A stretch of DNA of 42,295 bases from an uncultured Pseudomonadota bacterium (GCA_964454175.1 CAYVSA010000011.1:1-42295), one strand, 5' to 3'; shown: positions 27,281 to 37,394, counted from the stretch's first letter. Numbers and translations are program-made. The notes: generated by a model from the letters alone, not told the origin.

Positions 27281-27952
27281 CTACTCTTCGTAGCCAAATG
27301 CTTTTTCCGGATCCTCAGGTGGTGTGATGTCAGTTGCACCATCTTTAGTCGAGTCCTTCTCAGGTTCCGTCTCCGGGGTGCCGGAAATTTCACTTGTATC
27401 TTCCTGGGCAGCTTCTACCTGTTCAACAGGGGCCTCGACAGGTTCATCTGCTCCCTGTTCCCCCCGGGAGCCGGGTTCGTCGTCGGAAGAGGACTCCTTG
27501 TCCGGCTCAGAGGCTTCCTGCTCCTCACTGCCGTCAGGGGAGGCCGCTTCCGGCTCAGAGGCTTCCTGCTCCTCACTGCCGTCAGGGGAGGCCGCTTCCG
27601 GCTCAGAGGCTTCCTGCTCCTCACTGCCGTCAGGGGGAGCCTCCTCCGGACCCGGGGTCTCCGGTTCCGTTTCGCTGGTAAAGGGAGCTGCCTCCGAGGC
27701 CGGCACTTCTTTTTCGTAAACCTCCAGGACAGCTTCCTCGATCATCTTCCTGGTCTCACTGTTTAGTGGGTGAGCTACATCCCTGAAGGTTCCATCTTTT
27801 CGTTTTTTGCTCGGCATGGCGATGAAGTAACCCTTGTTCCCGCTGATTACCTTGAGATCCCGGACAATAAAGCAGTTTTCAAAGGTTATCGTGGCGTACG
27901 CCTTCAGTTTCTCTTCATCCACCGGGAAAACCTTAACGTCTGTTATCTTCAT
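27281..27952 (-). CDS. spoVG: SpoVG-family protein with a long acidic C-terminal extension
   Basis: MKITDVKV...LKAYATITF..CFIVRDLKVI.G..G.FIAMPS....G.FRDVAHPLN..TR, then about 140 aa of low-complexity tail. Confidence 0.92.
   Translation of the reverse strand: MKITDVKVFPVDEEKLKAYATITFENCFIVRDLKVISGNKGYFIAMPSKKRKDGTFRDVAHPLNSETRKMIEEAVLEVYEKEVPASEAAPFTSETEPETPGPEEAPPDGSEEQEASEPEAASPDGSEEQEASEPEAASPDGSEEQEASEPDKESSSDDEPGSRGEQGADEPVEAPVEQVEAAQEDTSEISGTPETEPEKDSTKDGATDITPPEDPEKAFGYEE
27501..27636. repeat. 48-bp in-frame tandem repeat (about 2.8 copies) in spoVG
   Basis: Units start at 27501, 27549 and 27597. Encodes EAASPDGSEEQEASEP. Confidence 0.95.
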
Positions 27953-27998
27953 CGTGACACCATCCTTTCCTGATGAGCCTTGTTGTCAGACCCGGTAG

Positions 27999-28859
27999 TT
28001 ATGAAAAGAGGGGGCTTGTTTTAAAGACACTCCAACCCTCTGAAACGGCTATTTCCCCGGCAGCCCTGTGAGCCGTCTCACGCTCATCGAAAAGACCGAA
28101 TACAGCAGATCCGCTCCCGGACATCAGAGCAGCCCTGGCTCCTTCCCTCATCAGTGCCTCTTTAGCCAGGGCAATCTCCGGGTATTTCCTGACCACGGCA
28201 GGCTCCAGGTCGTTGACCAGGAGGCCGCTCCAGGCGTCCGGTTTAAGTTCCCCCCCCTCGGCCTTGGAAAGTGCAGAAAGCCTATATTTGTCGGAACTTT
28301 TTGTCAAACGGAATTTAGAATAGGCCCATCCTGCTGAAACGGGAAAACCGGGAAAAACGATTACGAAATAACCATTAATGCGGACTGTTACAGGCATGAC
28401 TTTTTCACCCCTGCCCATGATCATTGCTGGTGAGGGGTAAAGGAAAAGAGGTACATCAGACCCTAACTGCGATCCCAGTTCAGTCAGAAAACCAGTATCT
28501 ACAGGAAGGTCCCACAAGCTGCACAGGCCGGATAACACAGCCGCGGCGTCACTGCTCCCGCCTCCGAGTCCGGCGCCAGCTGGAATGTTCTTTTCAAGTT
28601 TGATGGCAACACCCCTGTTTTTGACACCCGCTGCTTCTGCCAGAAGGACTGCGGCCCGGTAGGCCAGGTTGCCGCTCCCCTCCGGGATGTCGGGGTCGCT
28701 GCAGGAAAGGGTGATGTTTCCACCCCTGCTTGCTTCCAGCGTGATTCGATCACAGAGATCAACTTTCTGGACCAGGCTCTCGATCTCGTGAAATCCATCG
28801 GGACGTTTGTCCAGGATCCTCAAGGTCAGGTTAATCTTGGCCGGTGCAAGTATCTCCAT
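27999..28859 (-). CDS. ispE: 4-diphosphocytidyl-2-C-methyl-D-erythritol kinase
   Basis: APAKINL.L, IPAGAGLGGGSSDAA, GSDVP and MSGSGSAVF. Confidence 0.97.
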   Translation of the reverse strand: MEILAPAKINLTLRILDKRPDGFHEIESLVQKVDLCDRITLEASRGGNITLSCSDPDIPEGSGNLAYRAAVLLAEAAGVKNRGVAIKLEKNIPAGAGLGGGSSDAAAVLSGLCSLWDLPVDTGFLTELGSQLGSDVPLFLYPSPAMIMGRGEKVMPVTVRINGYFVIVFPGFPVSAGWAYSKFRLTKSSDKYRLSALSKAEGGELKPDAWSGLLVNDLEPAVVRKYPEIALAKEALMREGARAALMSGSGSAVFGLFDERETAHRAAGEIAVSEGWSVFKTSPLFS

Positions 28860-29638
28860 TACCGTGGGGTCTCCATGTCAGTTACCGGAACTCCGGCGGG
28901 AACAGGGGATCTGAAAGCGTCAGCGTGAATGTCTGCTGAGCGTCTTACCTGCAGGAACTCAGCTGTGAGACGGCCGCCGGAGAATCTGTAGTCGAATCTC
29001 ACGGGATCGTTTGTTTTATCCCCATTGAAGTAGACGGTGAATTCCTGGCCCAGCGTACTCGCGGTGGCTCTTATCACTCTGGCAGGTTCCGTGGATGACA
29101 GGATGTATTCCAGATATGAACCCTCGAGGAGATCCACAACCAGGATCTGCCCTCCCCGGCTAGAATAAGCGCTGACTTTCATATTCTGCCACCCCGGTGG
29201 AAGTTTTCCCATTATGAGGTTGGGAACCCAGGCTGGGTCGGCTGGCAGGGGGAAGGGCAGGATCGGGTCAAGAGCCCTGCTGCCATGGGAAGCCTTGTAG
29301 GCAGTGTTCTCCTCCGGATAATATACCCACGCATTCAGCCCATCAACAACAAGCACAAACAAGGTGCTTCCCATGGAACCGGGGATCTCAAGGCGAAAGC
29401 GGGAGGGTGGAGCCAGGAGAAGGTAAGTCTCGCCCGAGAAGCGCCCCCTGTCACCCCTCATTCTGACTTCGAGAGTTGAGGAGATAATTTCCTGACCGGT
29501 TTCCCGGCTGCTGAGGGATGCAAGGAATGGCCCCGGGTCCACAGAGTTTTTTCGAGTGTACCTGCCTGGTCCTGCGCAGGAACTGATAAGGATAGCGAGG
29601 GACAAAAGAAAACTGAGTAAAGTGGCAGAAAGTCTCAT
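28859..29638 (-). CDS. Lipoprotein with a probable LolA/LolB-like fold (DUF4292-like)
   Basis: Lipobox ISSC, beta-rich P.RFRLE...G motif, and the lolB position (TPR-x-ispE). Confidence 0.6.
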   Translation of the reverse strand: MRLSATLLSFLLSLAILISSCAGPGRYTRKNSVDPGPFLASLSSRETGQEIISSTLEVRMRGDRGRFSGETYLLLAPPSRFRLEIPGSMGSTLFVLVVDGLNAWVYYPEENTAYKASHGSRALDPILPFPLPADPAWVPNLIMGKLPPGWQNMKVSAYSSRGGQILVVDLLEGSYLEYILSSTEPARVIRATASTLGQEFTVYFNGDKTNDPVRFDYRFSGGRLTAEFLQVRRSADIHADAFRSPVPAGVPVTDMETPR

Positions 29639-31341
29639 TTCTTCGGTGTTGGGTCTCCAAGCTTTCTGAGTTTCTCACTGATCGCACTGTTGTCCGGCTC
29701 TAATCCGATAGCAATTTCCCAATACTTTCTCGCTTTGCCAGGTTCTCCGAGTTTGAGGTACACATCGCCCAGGTGTTCCAGTACTGTTGGGTCGTGCTGC
29801 ATGGTCTGGTAGGCTTTCAGTATCTGTTCCAGGGCATCGGGATAACGCTTAAGCTTGTACAGCACCCAACCCAGGCTGTCGATTATGTACGGGGTTTCAG
29901 GTTTCAGGCTTTGGGCCTTCTGGATCAGGGAGAGGGCTTTTTCGAGGTTTATATCCCTGTCGGCCCATGAGTATCCGAGATAGTTCATAGCGTCGAAGTG
30001 TTTCGGGTCCAGTTTGATGATCTTCTGCATGGTTTGAACCATCTCGCTGAAGCGCCCTTCCTTATCCATGACTATCGCCAGCTGGTACAGGAGGCGAGTG
30101 TTGTCAGGAGCTTTTTCAAGACCCTCGCGTACCACCGATCCTGCCTCCTGATATTTTTTTTGCTGGATCAGGACCTGGCTCATGAAGGTCCTGACCGGGA
30201 CGTGTTCCGGCTCGATCTCAAGTGCTTTTTCAAGGTAAAAAAGGGTCTTTTCCCGGTCACCCATGAGGTCGTTGGTAACTGCCAGGTTAAGTAGGGGTTC
30301 GTATCTGTCGGGGGCAAGATCGGAGGCCTCCTGGTATGTTGACAGGGCGTTTTCAAACTGTTTGAGTTCCCGCTGGAGGTTGCCGGTCTGTAAAACTACC
30401 TCCAGGTTGCCGGGCAGGATCTCCTTGACCTTCACGAAGATCTCAAGGGCGTGTTCCTTGTTCCCGCTCTGGGCTTCAACCAAACCGAGCATGAGCAGCG
30501 CGTTGCTGTTGCCTGGGTTCCGGGCAAGTACCGTTTCCAGTTCAGTCCTGGCTTCATTGTACATACCCTGGCTCATGAGCAGGTGGGCGAGAAGTTCCCG
30601 TACTGTCATTTCCCTGGGGTTTTTCTCCAGGAATGACCTGAAGAGATCGATGGCTTCCTTTTGCTTCCCCTGTTTTTCGTATATCTTGCCAAGGTCATTC
30701 ACAGCGGACAGGAAGGAACTGTTGATCTTGATAGCCTTCTCGAGGGAGCTGACAGCATCTGCCGTTTTCCCGAGTCTGGCATAAATTCGGGCAATATAAA
30801 AATGGGCCAGGGCAGCGTGATCTTCATGGGCTGCAAGTTTGTTAAGAATATCAATGGCTTTATCCGGGCTGTCCAGCCTGCCGTAGATCTCGGCCAGGTA
30901 CACGTACGGGCCTGCTTTGCCGGGAACGAGCTCAATGGCCTTTTTGAAATGTTTTACGGCCTCTGTATACTCCTTCCTGTCAGCCAGGATCTGTCCCAGA
31001 AAAGCATGAGCATCCGGGTTGTCGGGGTTGATGCTTATTATTTCGCCAGCGATCTTTTCCGCCTCGGATTTACGGCCCATTTCCAGGTACAGACCCAGGA
31101 GTTCTGTTCGTATGGATTCAGATGCCGTATCGAGCAGAGAAGCCTCTTCCAGGTTTTTTATCGCCTCTGTTTTCTGGCCCTCCCTGCGGAGAAGCAGGCC
31201 ATACATGTACTTGGCGTAGGCAGAATCGGAGGTCTTCCGGGAAGCATGGACTTCGGAAGCTGTGGTGTCTCTGGTTTCCGGTGCCGCCGCGCAGGCGGCC
31301 AGGAGAGGAATGACAAGGAGCAGTTTAAAAAGAGATCTCAT
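29635..31341 (-). CDS. Tetratricopeptide-repeat lipoprotein
   Basis: Lipobox LAAC, many TPR units, NYLGYSWAD and DSLGWVLYK. ATG 31341 overlaps the tsaD stop. Confidence 0.9.
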   Translation of the reverse strand: MRSLFKLLLVIPLLAACAAAPETRDTTASEVHASRKTSDSAYAKYMYGLLLRREGQKTEAIKNLEEASLLDTASESIRTELLGLYLEMGRKSEAEKIAGEIISINPDNPDAHAFLGQILADRKEYTEAVKHFKKAIELVPGKAGPYVYLAEIYGRLDSPDKAIDILNKLAAHEDHAALAHFYIARIYARLGKTADAVSSLEKAIKINSSFLSAVNDLGKIYEKQGKQKEAIDLFRSFLEKNPREMTVRELLAHLLMSQGMYNEARTELETVLARNPGNSNALLMLGLVEAQSGNKEHALEIFVKVKEILPGNLEVVLQTGNLQRELKQFENALSTYQEASDLAPDRYEPLLNLAVTNDLMGDREKTLFYLEKALEIEPEHVPVRTFMSQVLIQQKKYQEAGSVVREGLEKAPDNTRLLYQLAIVMDKEGRFSEMVQTMQKIIKLDPKHFDAMNYLGYSWADRDINLEKALSLIQKAQSLKPETPYIIDSLGWVLYKLKRYPDALEQILKAYQTMQHDPTVLEHLGDVYLKLGEPGKARKYWEIAIGLEPDNSAISEKLRKLGDPTPKK

Positions 31342-32396
31342 GATATAAAACCTCGTCCGGTAGACCCTTTTATGTCCAGGGCCTTGGTTGAATATGCATT
31401 CATGGCCAGAATGTCCGTGGAAGCTTCCTCCCGCCTGTGATAACCCAGGGCGGCTATCATGGCAGCGTTGTCGGTGCACAGGTCCGGCGGGGGGATGTGG
31501 ACTTTAAAGCCATCGGCGTCAGCAGCCTGTCTGAGACGTTCTCTGAGAAGTTCGTTGCGAGCTACTCCTCCAGCCGCCAGAAGGTGGCCAACTCCTGTTA
31601 ACCTCATGGCGGATCGGCTTTTGTGCACGAGCACATCCACAACCGCCTCCTGGAAAGACGCTGCAATGTCGGAGATGCTCAGGGGGAGATAATCCCTCCC
31701 TTCCGGGGTTCTGTCAAGGTAGCCATGCTGCCGCAGGTAGGTGAAGAGGGCAGTTTTCAGCCCACTGAAGGAAAAATCGAGATTGTCGCCTTTGATCAGG
31801 GGCCGGGGAAAATCAAGAGCTGAGGGGTTGCCGGACCTTGCTGCTGCCTGAATGGCCGGGCCTCCCGGATACCCTAGACTAAGCAGTTTTGCAGCCTTGT
31901 CCATAGCCTCACCTGCCGAATCATCGAGGGTTGTACCTATGATATCAATGTCCGTTCCGGATCCCATCTTGAAAAGTACGGTGTGACCACCCGATGCTAT
32001 GAGTGCTGCACAGGGTGTCGGGGTCCCGCCCGCGGGCTCCAGCGAGAAGAGGTGACCCTGGATGTGGTCAACAGCAACGAGTGGGATGCCGGAGGCAAAG
32101 GATACTCCCTTTGCGTAGGACAGTCCCACCAGGAGGGAGCCCACCAGACCAGGTCCGGCAGTTACCGCAATGAGGTCTATGTCAGTTATGCCGATACCAG
32201 CATCGGCAAGAGCCCTCGCCACAGTCGATTCTATCTTTTCAAGGTGACGGCGGGATGCCATCTCCGGTACGATACCGCCGTATGGCGCGTGTATCTCGTC
32301 CTGGGAGGAAACAATAGACGACATGATTTCCGAGCCGTTACTGACCACTGATGCAGCAGTATCATCACAGGAGGACTCAATTCCCAGAACCAGCAT
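31338..32396 (-). CDS. tsaD: tRNA N6-threonylcarbamoyltransferase TsaD
   Basis: LGIESSCDDT, YGGIVPE.ASR.H, H..GH, SGGHT, FSFSGLKT and CTDNAAMI. Confidence 0.97.
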   Translation of the reverse strand: MLVLGIESSCDDTAASVVSNGSEIMSSIVSSQDEIHAPYGGIVPEMASRRHLEKIESTVARALADAGIGITDIDLIAVTAGPGLVGSLLVGLSYAKGVSFASGIPLVAVDHIQGHLFSLEPAGGTPTPCAALIASGGHTVLFKMGSGTDIDIIGTTLDDSAGEAMDKAAKLLSLGYPGGPAIQAAARSGNPSALDFPRPLIKGDNLDFSFSGLKTALFTYLRQHGYLDRTPEGRDYLPLSISDIAASFQEAVVDVLVHKSRSAMRLTGVGHLLAAGGVARNELLRERLRQAADADGFKVHIPPPDLCTDNAAMIAALGYHRREEASTDILAMNAYSTKALDIKGSTGRGFIS

Positions 32397-33276
32397 ATTT
32401 CACGATCTCCTCTATGGGTACGATCAGAACTCCCCTGGTTTCGGCTTCAAGAGAGGCTCTTTTGATGGCTCTGGCAGTTTCGGGGTAGGGGTGGCCGATG
32501 CCGATGGCCCAACCCCTTGCCTGGGCAAGGTCCAGCACCTCGGTAGCTCGGGAGAATATGGCCTCTTCGTTACGGTCGTTGTCCAGAAATATATCCCTCT
32601 CAACTGAGGGAATGTTCATCTCTCTGGCTGTGCTCAGGGCGACGCTGCCGGCTGTGGTGCGGCTGTCGATGAACATCAGGCCTTTTTCGCCTGCGAACTC
32701 CATTACCTGCCTCATCACCTCGCGGTCTTCGGTGGCCATGGAACCCATGTGGTTGTTCATGCCGATAGCGTGGGGCACCGATCCAAGGTCCTGCTCCAGG
32801 ATCCGTCTGATGACCGAGTGACTCTGAGATGTGAGGATCACACCACCCCCCGGATCAATTCCGGGATATCCCCTGGGCTCCATCGGCAGGTGAAGAAAGA
32901 TCGTTTTCCCCCTGGCAAACCCCTCTTCGGCAAGGGATCTGGAATGGGGTCTTTCGGGCAGGAAGGAAAGGGTCAGAGGGAGGTCCATCTCAAGAAACGG
33001 ACGGGCGGCCGGGATGCTGTGGCCCATGTCGTCAATTATCAGTGCCACAACACCACCCTTTGCAGGAAGATAGGGGACCGATACTGGCTCCTGTCTGACC
33101 GGAGCAGGTACTGGAGCGGTCTTCCTGAGTGCGATTATAACTGCAAGGGAGACCAGGATGACGGCGAGAGCCAGTATAACGGCGGAAACAACCCACGGGA
33201 AGTAGGTACCTTTCCGGTTTTTGGAGGTGCCCCCACCCTTTTTTTTCTTCCTGGTGCTGGGTGGTTTGGAGGCCAG
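32377..33276 (-). CDS. Divergent polysaccharide deacetylase (YibQ-like), membrane-anchored, probable CTG start
   Basis: ALIIDDMG, LHLPMEP, NNHMGS, FIDSRT, RDIFLD and IGIGHP. The frame is open upstream of 33048 through a TM segment to CTG 33276, 7 nt after AAGGAG. Confidence 0.85.
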   Translation of the reverse strand: MASKPPSTRKKKKGGGTSKNRKGTYFPWVVSAVILALAVILVSLAVIIALRKTAPVPAPVRQEPVSVPYLPAKGGVVALIIDDMGHSIPAARPFLEMDLPLTLSFLPERPHSRSLAEEGFARGKTIFLHLPMEPRGYPGIDPGGGVILTSQSHSVIRRILEQDLGSVPHAIGMNNHMGSMATEDREVMRQVMEFAGEKGLMFIDSRTTAGSVALSTAREMNIPSVERDIFLDNDRNEEAIFSRATEVLDLAQARGWAIGIGHPYPETARAIKRASLEAETRGVLIVPIEEIVKYAGSGN

Positions 33277-33280
33277 GTGT

Positions 33281-34627
33281 CTACTCCTTCTCAGCAGTCT
33301 GCTCGACGGCCTTGAGATTTTTAAACAGGTCGAGTCCCTTGAGGAGGTCTACGGCCCGCATGAGTTGTTTGTCTTCCTTCGGATCTTCCGGAATGCGGTC
33401 GACCACAGGTTCGTTGTCCTTTTCCGAGTCCTTGCTGTCTGCCGGTTTTTCCTTTATCTGGTCGTTGTCAAGATGGCCGGAAAGATCCTTCTCCCTGAGA
33501 TGGCCTATGGCTTTCCCTCCCGCGTTCTTGACAATTATATCCGGTTCGATCCCCGTTGCCTGGATGGACCTTCCGCTCGGCGTGTAATACTTTGCCGTGG
33601 TCACTCTCATCCCCGAACCGTCCCCCAGGCGATAGATAGTCTGAACCGATCCCTTGCCGAAGGTGGTAGTGCCGATGGTGATGGCCCGTTTGTGATCCTG
33701 GAGCGCCCCTGCAACGATCTCCGAGGCGCTGGCAGATCCGCCATTAACGAGGATTACCATGGGATAATCAGGCTCGGTGCCCTTCATTTGTGCGTTGTAG
33801 GAGTAGTTCTGGTTTGAAAGACGCCCCTTGGTGGATACTATGGAACCCTTTTCGACGAACATGTTCGCCACCTCGATGGCTGATATCAAAAGACCGCCAG
33901 GGTTGTTTCTCAGATCCAGGATCAGCCCCTTGAAGTGATCGCCCTTTTCTTTGTGGACCTTTTTCAGGGCATCTGCAAATTCCTTCGATGTCTTTTTCTG
34001 GAACTGGGTGAGCCTGATGTAACCTACATCATCATCGATGTCCTTTACCTTTACGCTCACCAGTGGGATCACATCCCTGGTAATGTTGAACACCAGTGGT
34101 TCCGGTTCACCCTCCCTGACAACCGTGATCTTGACCTTTGTCCCTTTCGGGCCTCTCATAAGTTTAACGGCCTCCATGAGAGTCATATCCTTTGTGGTCT
34201 TGTCGTCGACCTTCACTATCTTGTCGCCGGCCAGGATACCTGCACGGTGAGCCGGTGTGTCGTCAATGGGTGCTATGACCGTCAGGATGCTGTCACGTAT
34301 GCCGATGGTGATGCCTATTCCCTGAAATTCGCCCTGGGTGTCGATCTGCATTTCCTTGTACATGTCCTGGGACATATAGGAGCTGTGGGGATCCAGGGTC
34401 TTGAGCATGCCCTCTATGGCACCTTCCACCAGTTCCTTGCTGTCTGGTTCCTCCACGTAGTTTTTCTGAACTATGGAAAGAGCTTCTGAAAAAGTCTTAA
34501 TGTATCCGTAGGTGGACTCATTATAAGCCTGCGCATCCAGAACAGGGTTAGTCCGCTGGTAGGCAGCTCCAAGAATAAGCAGTAGAATTACGAGGGTGCT
34601 GAGCTTGAGGATTTTTGCTGGTTTCAT
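33281..34627 (-). CDS. ctpA: S41-family carboxy-terminal processing protease
   Basis: LDPHSSY, PDZ domain, LDLRNNPGG, SASASEIVAGALQD and TFGKGSVQ. Confidence 0.93.
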   Translation of the reverse strand: MKPAKILKLSTLVILLLILGAAYQRTNPVLDAQAYNESTYGYIKTFSEALSIVQKNYVEEPDSKELVEGAIEGMLKTLDPHSSYMSQDMYKEMQIDTQGEFQGIGITIGIRDSILTVIAPIDDTPAHRAGILAGDKIVKVDDKTTKDMTLMEAVKLMRGPKGTKVKITVVREGEPEPLVFNITRDVIPLVSVKVKDIDDDVGYIRLTQFQKKTSKEFADALKKVHKEKGDHFKGLILDLRNNPGGLLISAIEVANMFVEKGSIVSTKGRLSNQNYSYNAQMKGTEPDYPMVILVNGGSASASEIVAGALQDHKRAITIGTTTFGKGSVQTIYRLGDGSGMRVTTAKYYTPSGRSIQATGIEPDIIVKNAGGKAIGHLREKDLSGHLDNDQIKEKPADSKDSEKDNEPVVDRIPEDPKEDKQLMRAVDLLKGLDLFKNLKAVEQTAEKE

Positions 34628-35793
34628 CGTCTAACCTCTCGATCTGAACTTGCCAGCCATGGTTTCGGGTCAACGGGTTTGCCGTGGTGCCTGATCTCGA
34701 AGTAAAGTGCCGGCCCCTCAAGAGACCCGCTGTCTCCGGCAAGGCCGATTATGTCATTTGATTCCATCTCCTGTCCAACCTTGACAAGGAGGTCAGAAAG
34801 GTGCCCGTATAGAGTGTAGTAGCCGCCGCTGTGGTCAATGATGATTATCCTTCCGTAACCCCGGAACCAGTCTGCGAAAAGGACCTTGCCGCGGTAGACG
34901 GTTCTGACAGGTGTCCCTTCAGCTGATTTGATCGTAATGCCCCTGGACAGTGTGAAAGTATTAAAACGGGCATTGCGGTTCCTTCCGAAGTCAACGATTA
35001 TTTTTCCTGAGACGGGAGGTGTTAGCCCTCCCTTGAGAAGAGGAAAGGCGGAATCACCGGTTTGAGCCTGGCGCTTAAGGGCTTCGACGAGCTGGACCAG
35101 CCTGTTGGAGGATTCCTCGAGCTCGCCAAGAAGACGGGTGTAGCGATCCTTCGTGTTTCTCGCCTGAGCCAGCAGGATGTCCCTTTTTCGCTTTCGGCGG
35201 GACAGGCCTGCCAGATCTCCCTCAAGTTTGCGGCGTGTAGCGACTAACTGCTCTTTGTCAGCCCGCAGTCCGGCCACCTCTTTTTTTTCATCCTCGTAGA
35301 GTTGGGCGGTGCGGGCAAACAGGTCTGCGTCGTACTCCATTACCCTGGTCAGGTAGTGATGCCTCCGCTGAATATCCTCTATCCCGTCAGAATCCAAAAT
35401 CACCTTTAGATATCGCACATTACCGGCTTTGTAAAGCGCTACGGCCCTCTCTGCCAGCCGGCGCCGAGTTATTTCTCTCTCCTCACGTATACTGTCGAGA
35501 CGTTCTTCACTTCGTACGATCGCTTTTTTAAGGGTAGTTTCCTTTTTCCCAAGCTCCCTCACACTGCGTTTCTTGCCGCTGATGTCCCTGTCAAGAGCTT
35601 CGAGACTGCCGAGTATCGTAACCTCTTTCTCCCTGGACGTTTCGATCTTCTGCTCGGCCTGCTTTTTCTTTTTCTCGATGAATTCCAGTTTTTTCCGCTG
35701 GGTATCGAGTGAGGTTTCGACATCTTTTGCGGGGATGGCCTGGGGGGCGGCCAGTATTATCAGGAGCGCTGCTGTTATCGACCGCTTTATCAC
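34624..35793 (-). CDS. envC: Murein hydrolase activator EnvC family (coiled coil plus degenerate M23)
   Basis: Signal peptide, long coiled coil, GYGRIIIIDH...TLYGHL and LYFEIR. Follows ftsEX. Confidence 0.88.
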   Translation of the reverse strand: MIKRSITAALLIILAAPQAIPAKDVETSLDTQRKKLEFIEKKKKQAEQKIETSREKEVTILGSLEALDRDISGKKRSVRELGKKETTLKKAIVRSEERLDSIREEREITRRRLAERAVALYKAGNVRYLKVILDSDGIEDIQRRHHYLTRVMEYDADLFARTAQLYEDEKKEVAGLRADKEQLVATRRKLEGDLAGLSRRKRKRDILLAQARNTKDRYTRLLGELEESSNRLVQLVEALKRQAQTGDSAFPLLKGGLTPPVSGKIIVDFGRNRNARFNTFTLSRGITIKSAEGTPVRTVYRGKVLFADWFRGYGRIIIIDHSGGYYTLYGHLSDLLVKVGQEMESNDIIGLAGDSGSLEGPALYFEIRHHGKPVDPKPWLASSDREVRR

Positions 35794-36680
35794 TTCGAGA
35801 ACCTTCCCACGGAGGCCAGACTGCCAATGCCACCCAGGACCATCCCGGTCAGTATTATGGCCAGCATCATGTTGCCCGACAGAAATTTCAGGGAACTTAT
35901 GCCGACCAGCTCCATTATTGAAGATGTGAAGTTTGTTACTGCGAAGCGGTGCAGCAGGACGAGAAGGCCGAGGGAGAGCAGGGCACCTGATAGCCCCTGG
36001 ATCAGTCCCTCGATGAAAAATGGGGTTCGAATAAAAGTCTCTGTTGCCCCCACCAGCCGCATGATCTCCAGCTCGTCCCGGCGGGCAAGGACAGTCAGCT
36101 TTATAGTGTTGGAAATAATAAAGATAGCTGCCAGGGAGAGAATAGCTCCCAGCAGGAGGGCGCCCGAGTTGAGGACAACGAGGACTTTTTCCAGCTTACT
36201 CAGCCAGTCTTCACCGTACTGGATATCTTCAACCAGGGGGCCGTCCTCGATCTGTGCGAGGATGGAGTAAATCCCCTCGCTGCTGCGGAACTCGAGTTTC
36301 GGGGTGATCCTGAGGCTGGCGGGTAGGGGAGTTTCCTTCATTCCCTCAAGAAACCTCTCGTCATCTCCCAGCATTGTCCTGAACTCTTCAAGCGCATCAG
36401 ATTTGCTGGTGTAGGTAACCGACTTCACCTGAGTGAGCCCGGTGAGATAATCCTGGAGTGTGTTGATGTCCGACTGGGGAAAGCCGTCACGCAGGTAGAC
36501 CGTGATCTGCATGTCACCCTTCAGGTCGTCGAGGACCCTGTCCATGTTGTAAATGAGAAGGGTATATCCTCCGACGAGGAAAAGACAGATGGCGATGATG
36601 GTCGTGGTGATGCCGGATACAACCCAGCTCTGGCGGATGTTGCTCAGTGCGCGGGCGATGGAGGACATCAGCCTTGTCAA
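35790..36680 (-). CDS. ftsX: Cell division permease FtsX
   Basis: PLPASL, IISNTIKL...RRDELEIMRLVGAT..FIRTPF..EG. Confidence 0.95.
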   Translation of the reverse strand: MTRLMSSIARALSNIRQSWVVSGITTTIIAICLFLVGGYTLLIYNMDRVLDDLKGDMQITVYLRDGFPQSDINTLQDYLTGLTQVKSVTYTSKSDALEEFRTMLGDDERFLEGMKETPLPASLRITPKLEFRSSEGIYSILAQIEDGPLVEDIQYGEDWLSKLEKVLVVLNSGALLLGAILSLAAIFIISNTIKLTVLARRDELEIMRLVGATETFIRTPFFIEGLIQGLSGALLSLGLLVLLHRFAVTNFTSSIMELVGISSLKFLSGNMMLAIILTGMVLGGIGSLASVGRFSK

Positions 36681-37342
36681 GGCGAACCCCCCTGGAGGAC
36701 ACGCCCCTTCTCGAGGTGAATGACCCTCTTGCCCATGGACTTGACCATTTCCATGTTGTGAGTTGCGATGACGACCGTTGTTCCGCGTGCGTTAACATCC
36801 GCGAATATGTCCATGATCCGCTCCGAAACATCCTGGTCAAGACTCCCGGTAGGTTCGTCTGCAAGGAGTATGAGCGGTTCGTTAACCAGGGCCCGGGCGA
36901 TGGCGACCCGCTGCTGTTCTCCCCCTGAGAGGGTCAGGGGGTTAGCCCGCATCTTGTGATGGATGCCCAGCCGTTTGAGTGTGGCGAAGACACGCCTGCC
37001 AATTTCCCTCCTGGATGTGCCAATGACCTCCAGGGAAAGGGCTACATTTTCGAATACATTTCGTGAGGGAAGGAGTTTGAAGTCCTGAAACACAACACCT
37101 GTTTCCCGCCGCAGGACGGGTATCCTGGATTTGGGAAGCCGTGCGATATTCCTGCCGTGAACCAGGATCTGTCCGTTCGTCGGGCGCTCGTCAGCGAAAA
37201 GAAGCTTAAGAAGAGTGCTTTTACCCGCGCCGCTGGCACCGGTGATAAAAACAAAATCACCTTTGGGGATGTGGAGGTTGGTGTCCTGGAGTGCAGGGAC
37301 ATCTTTTTGATACCATTTGCTGACATGGAAGAGCTGTATCAT
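36677..37342 (-). CDS. ftsE: Cell division ATPase FtsE
   Basis: [32 protein letters not shown] and ADEPTG. Start set at MIQLFHV. Confidence 0.95.
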   Translation of the reverse strand: MIQLFHVSKWYQKDVPALQDTNLHIPKGDFVFITGASGAGKSTLLKLLFADERPTNGQILVHGRNIARLPKSRIPVLRRETGVVFQDFKLLPSRNVFENVALSLEVIGTSRREIGRRVFATLKRLGIHHKMRANPLTLSGGEQQRVAIARALVNEPLILLADEPTGSLDQDVSERIMDIFADVNARGTTVVIATHNMEMVKSMGKRVIHLEKGRVLQGGSP

Positions 37343-37394
37343 CTGCTGATGCGGTATTTTCCTGTTGCCCCGGGTGGGGTGGCCTCGGGCGCCC

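Noticed and set aside
27501-27636. 48-bp repeats as a CRISPR array
   Set aside because: Head-to-tail identical units with no unique spacers, in frame within spoVG.
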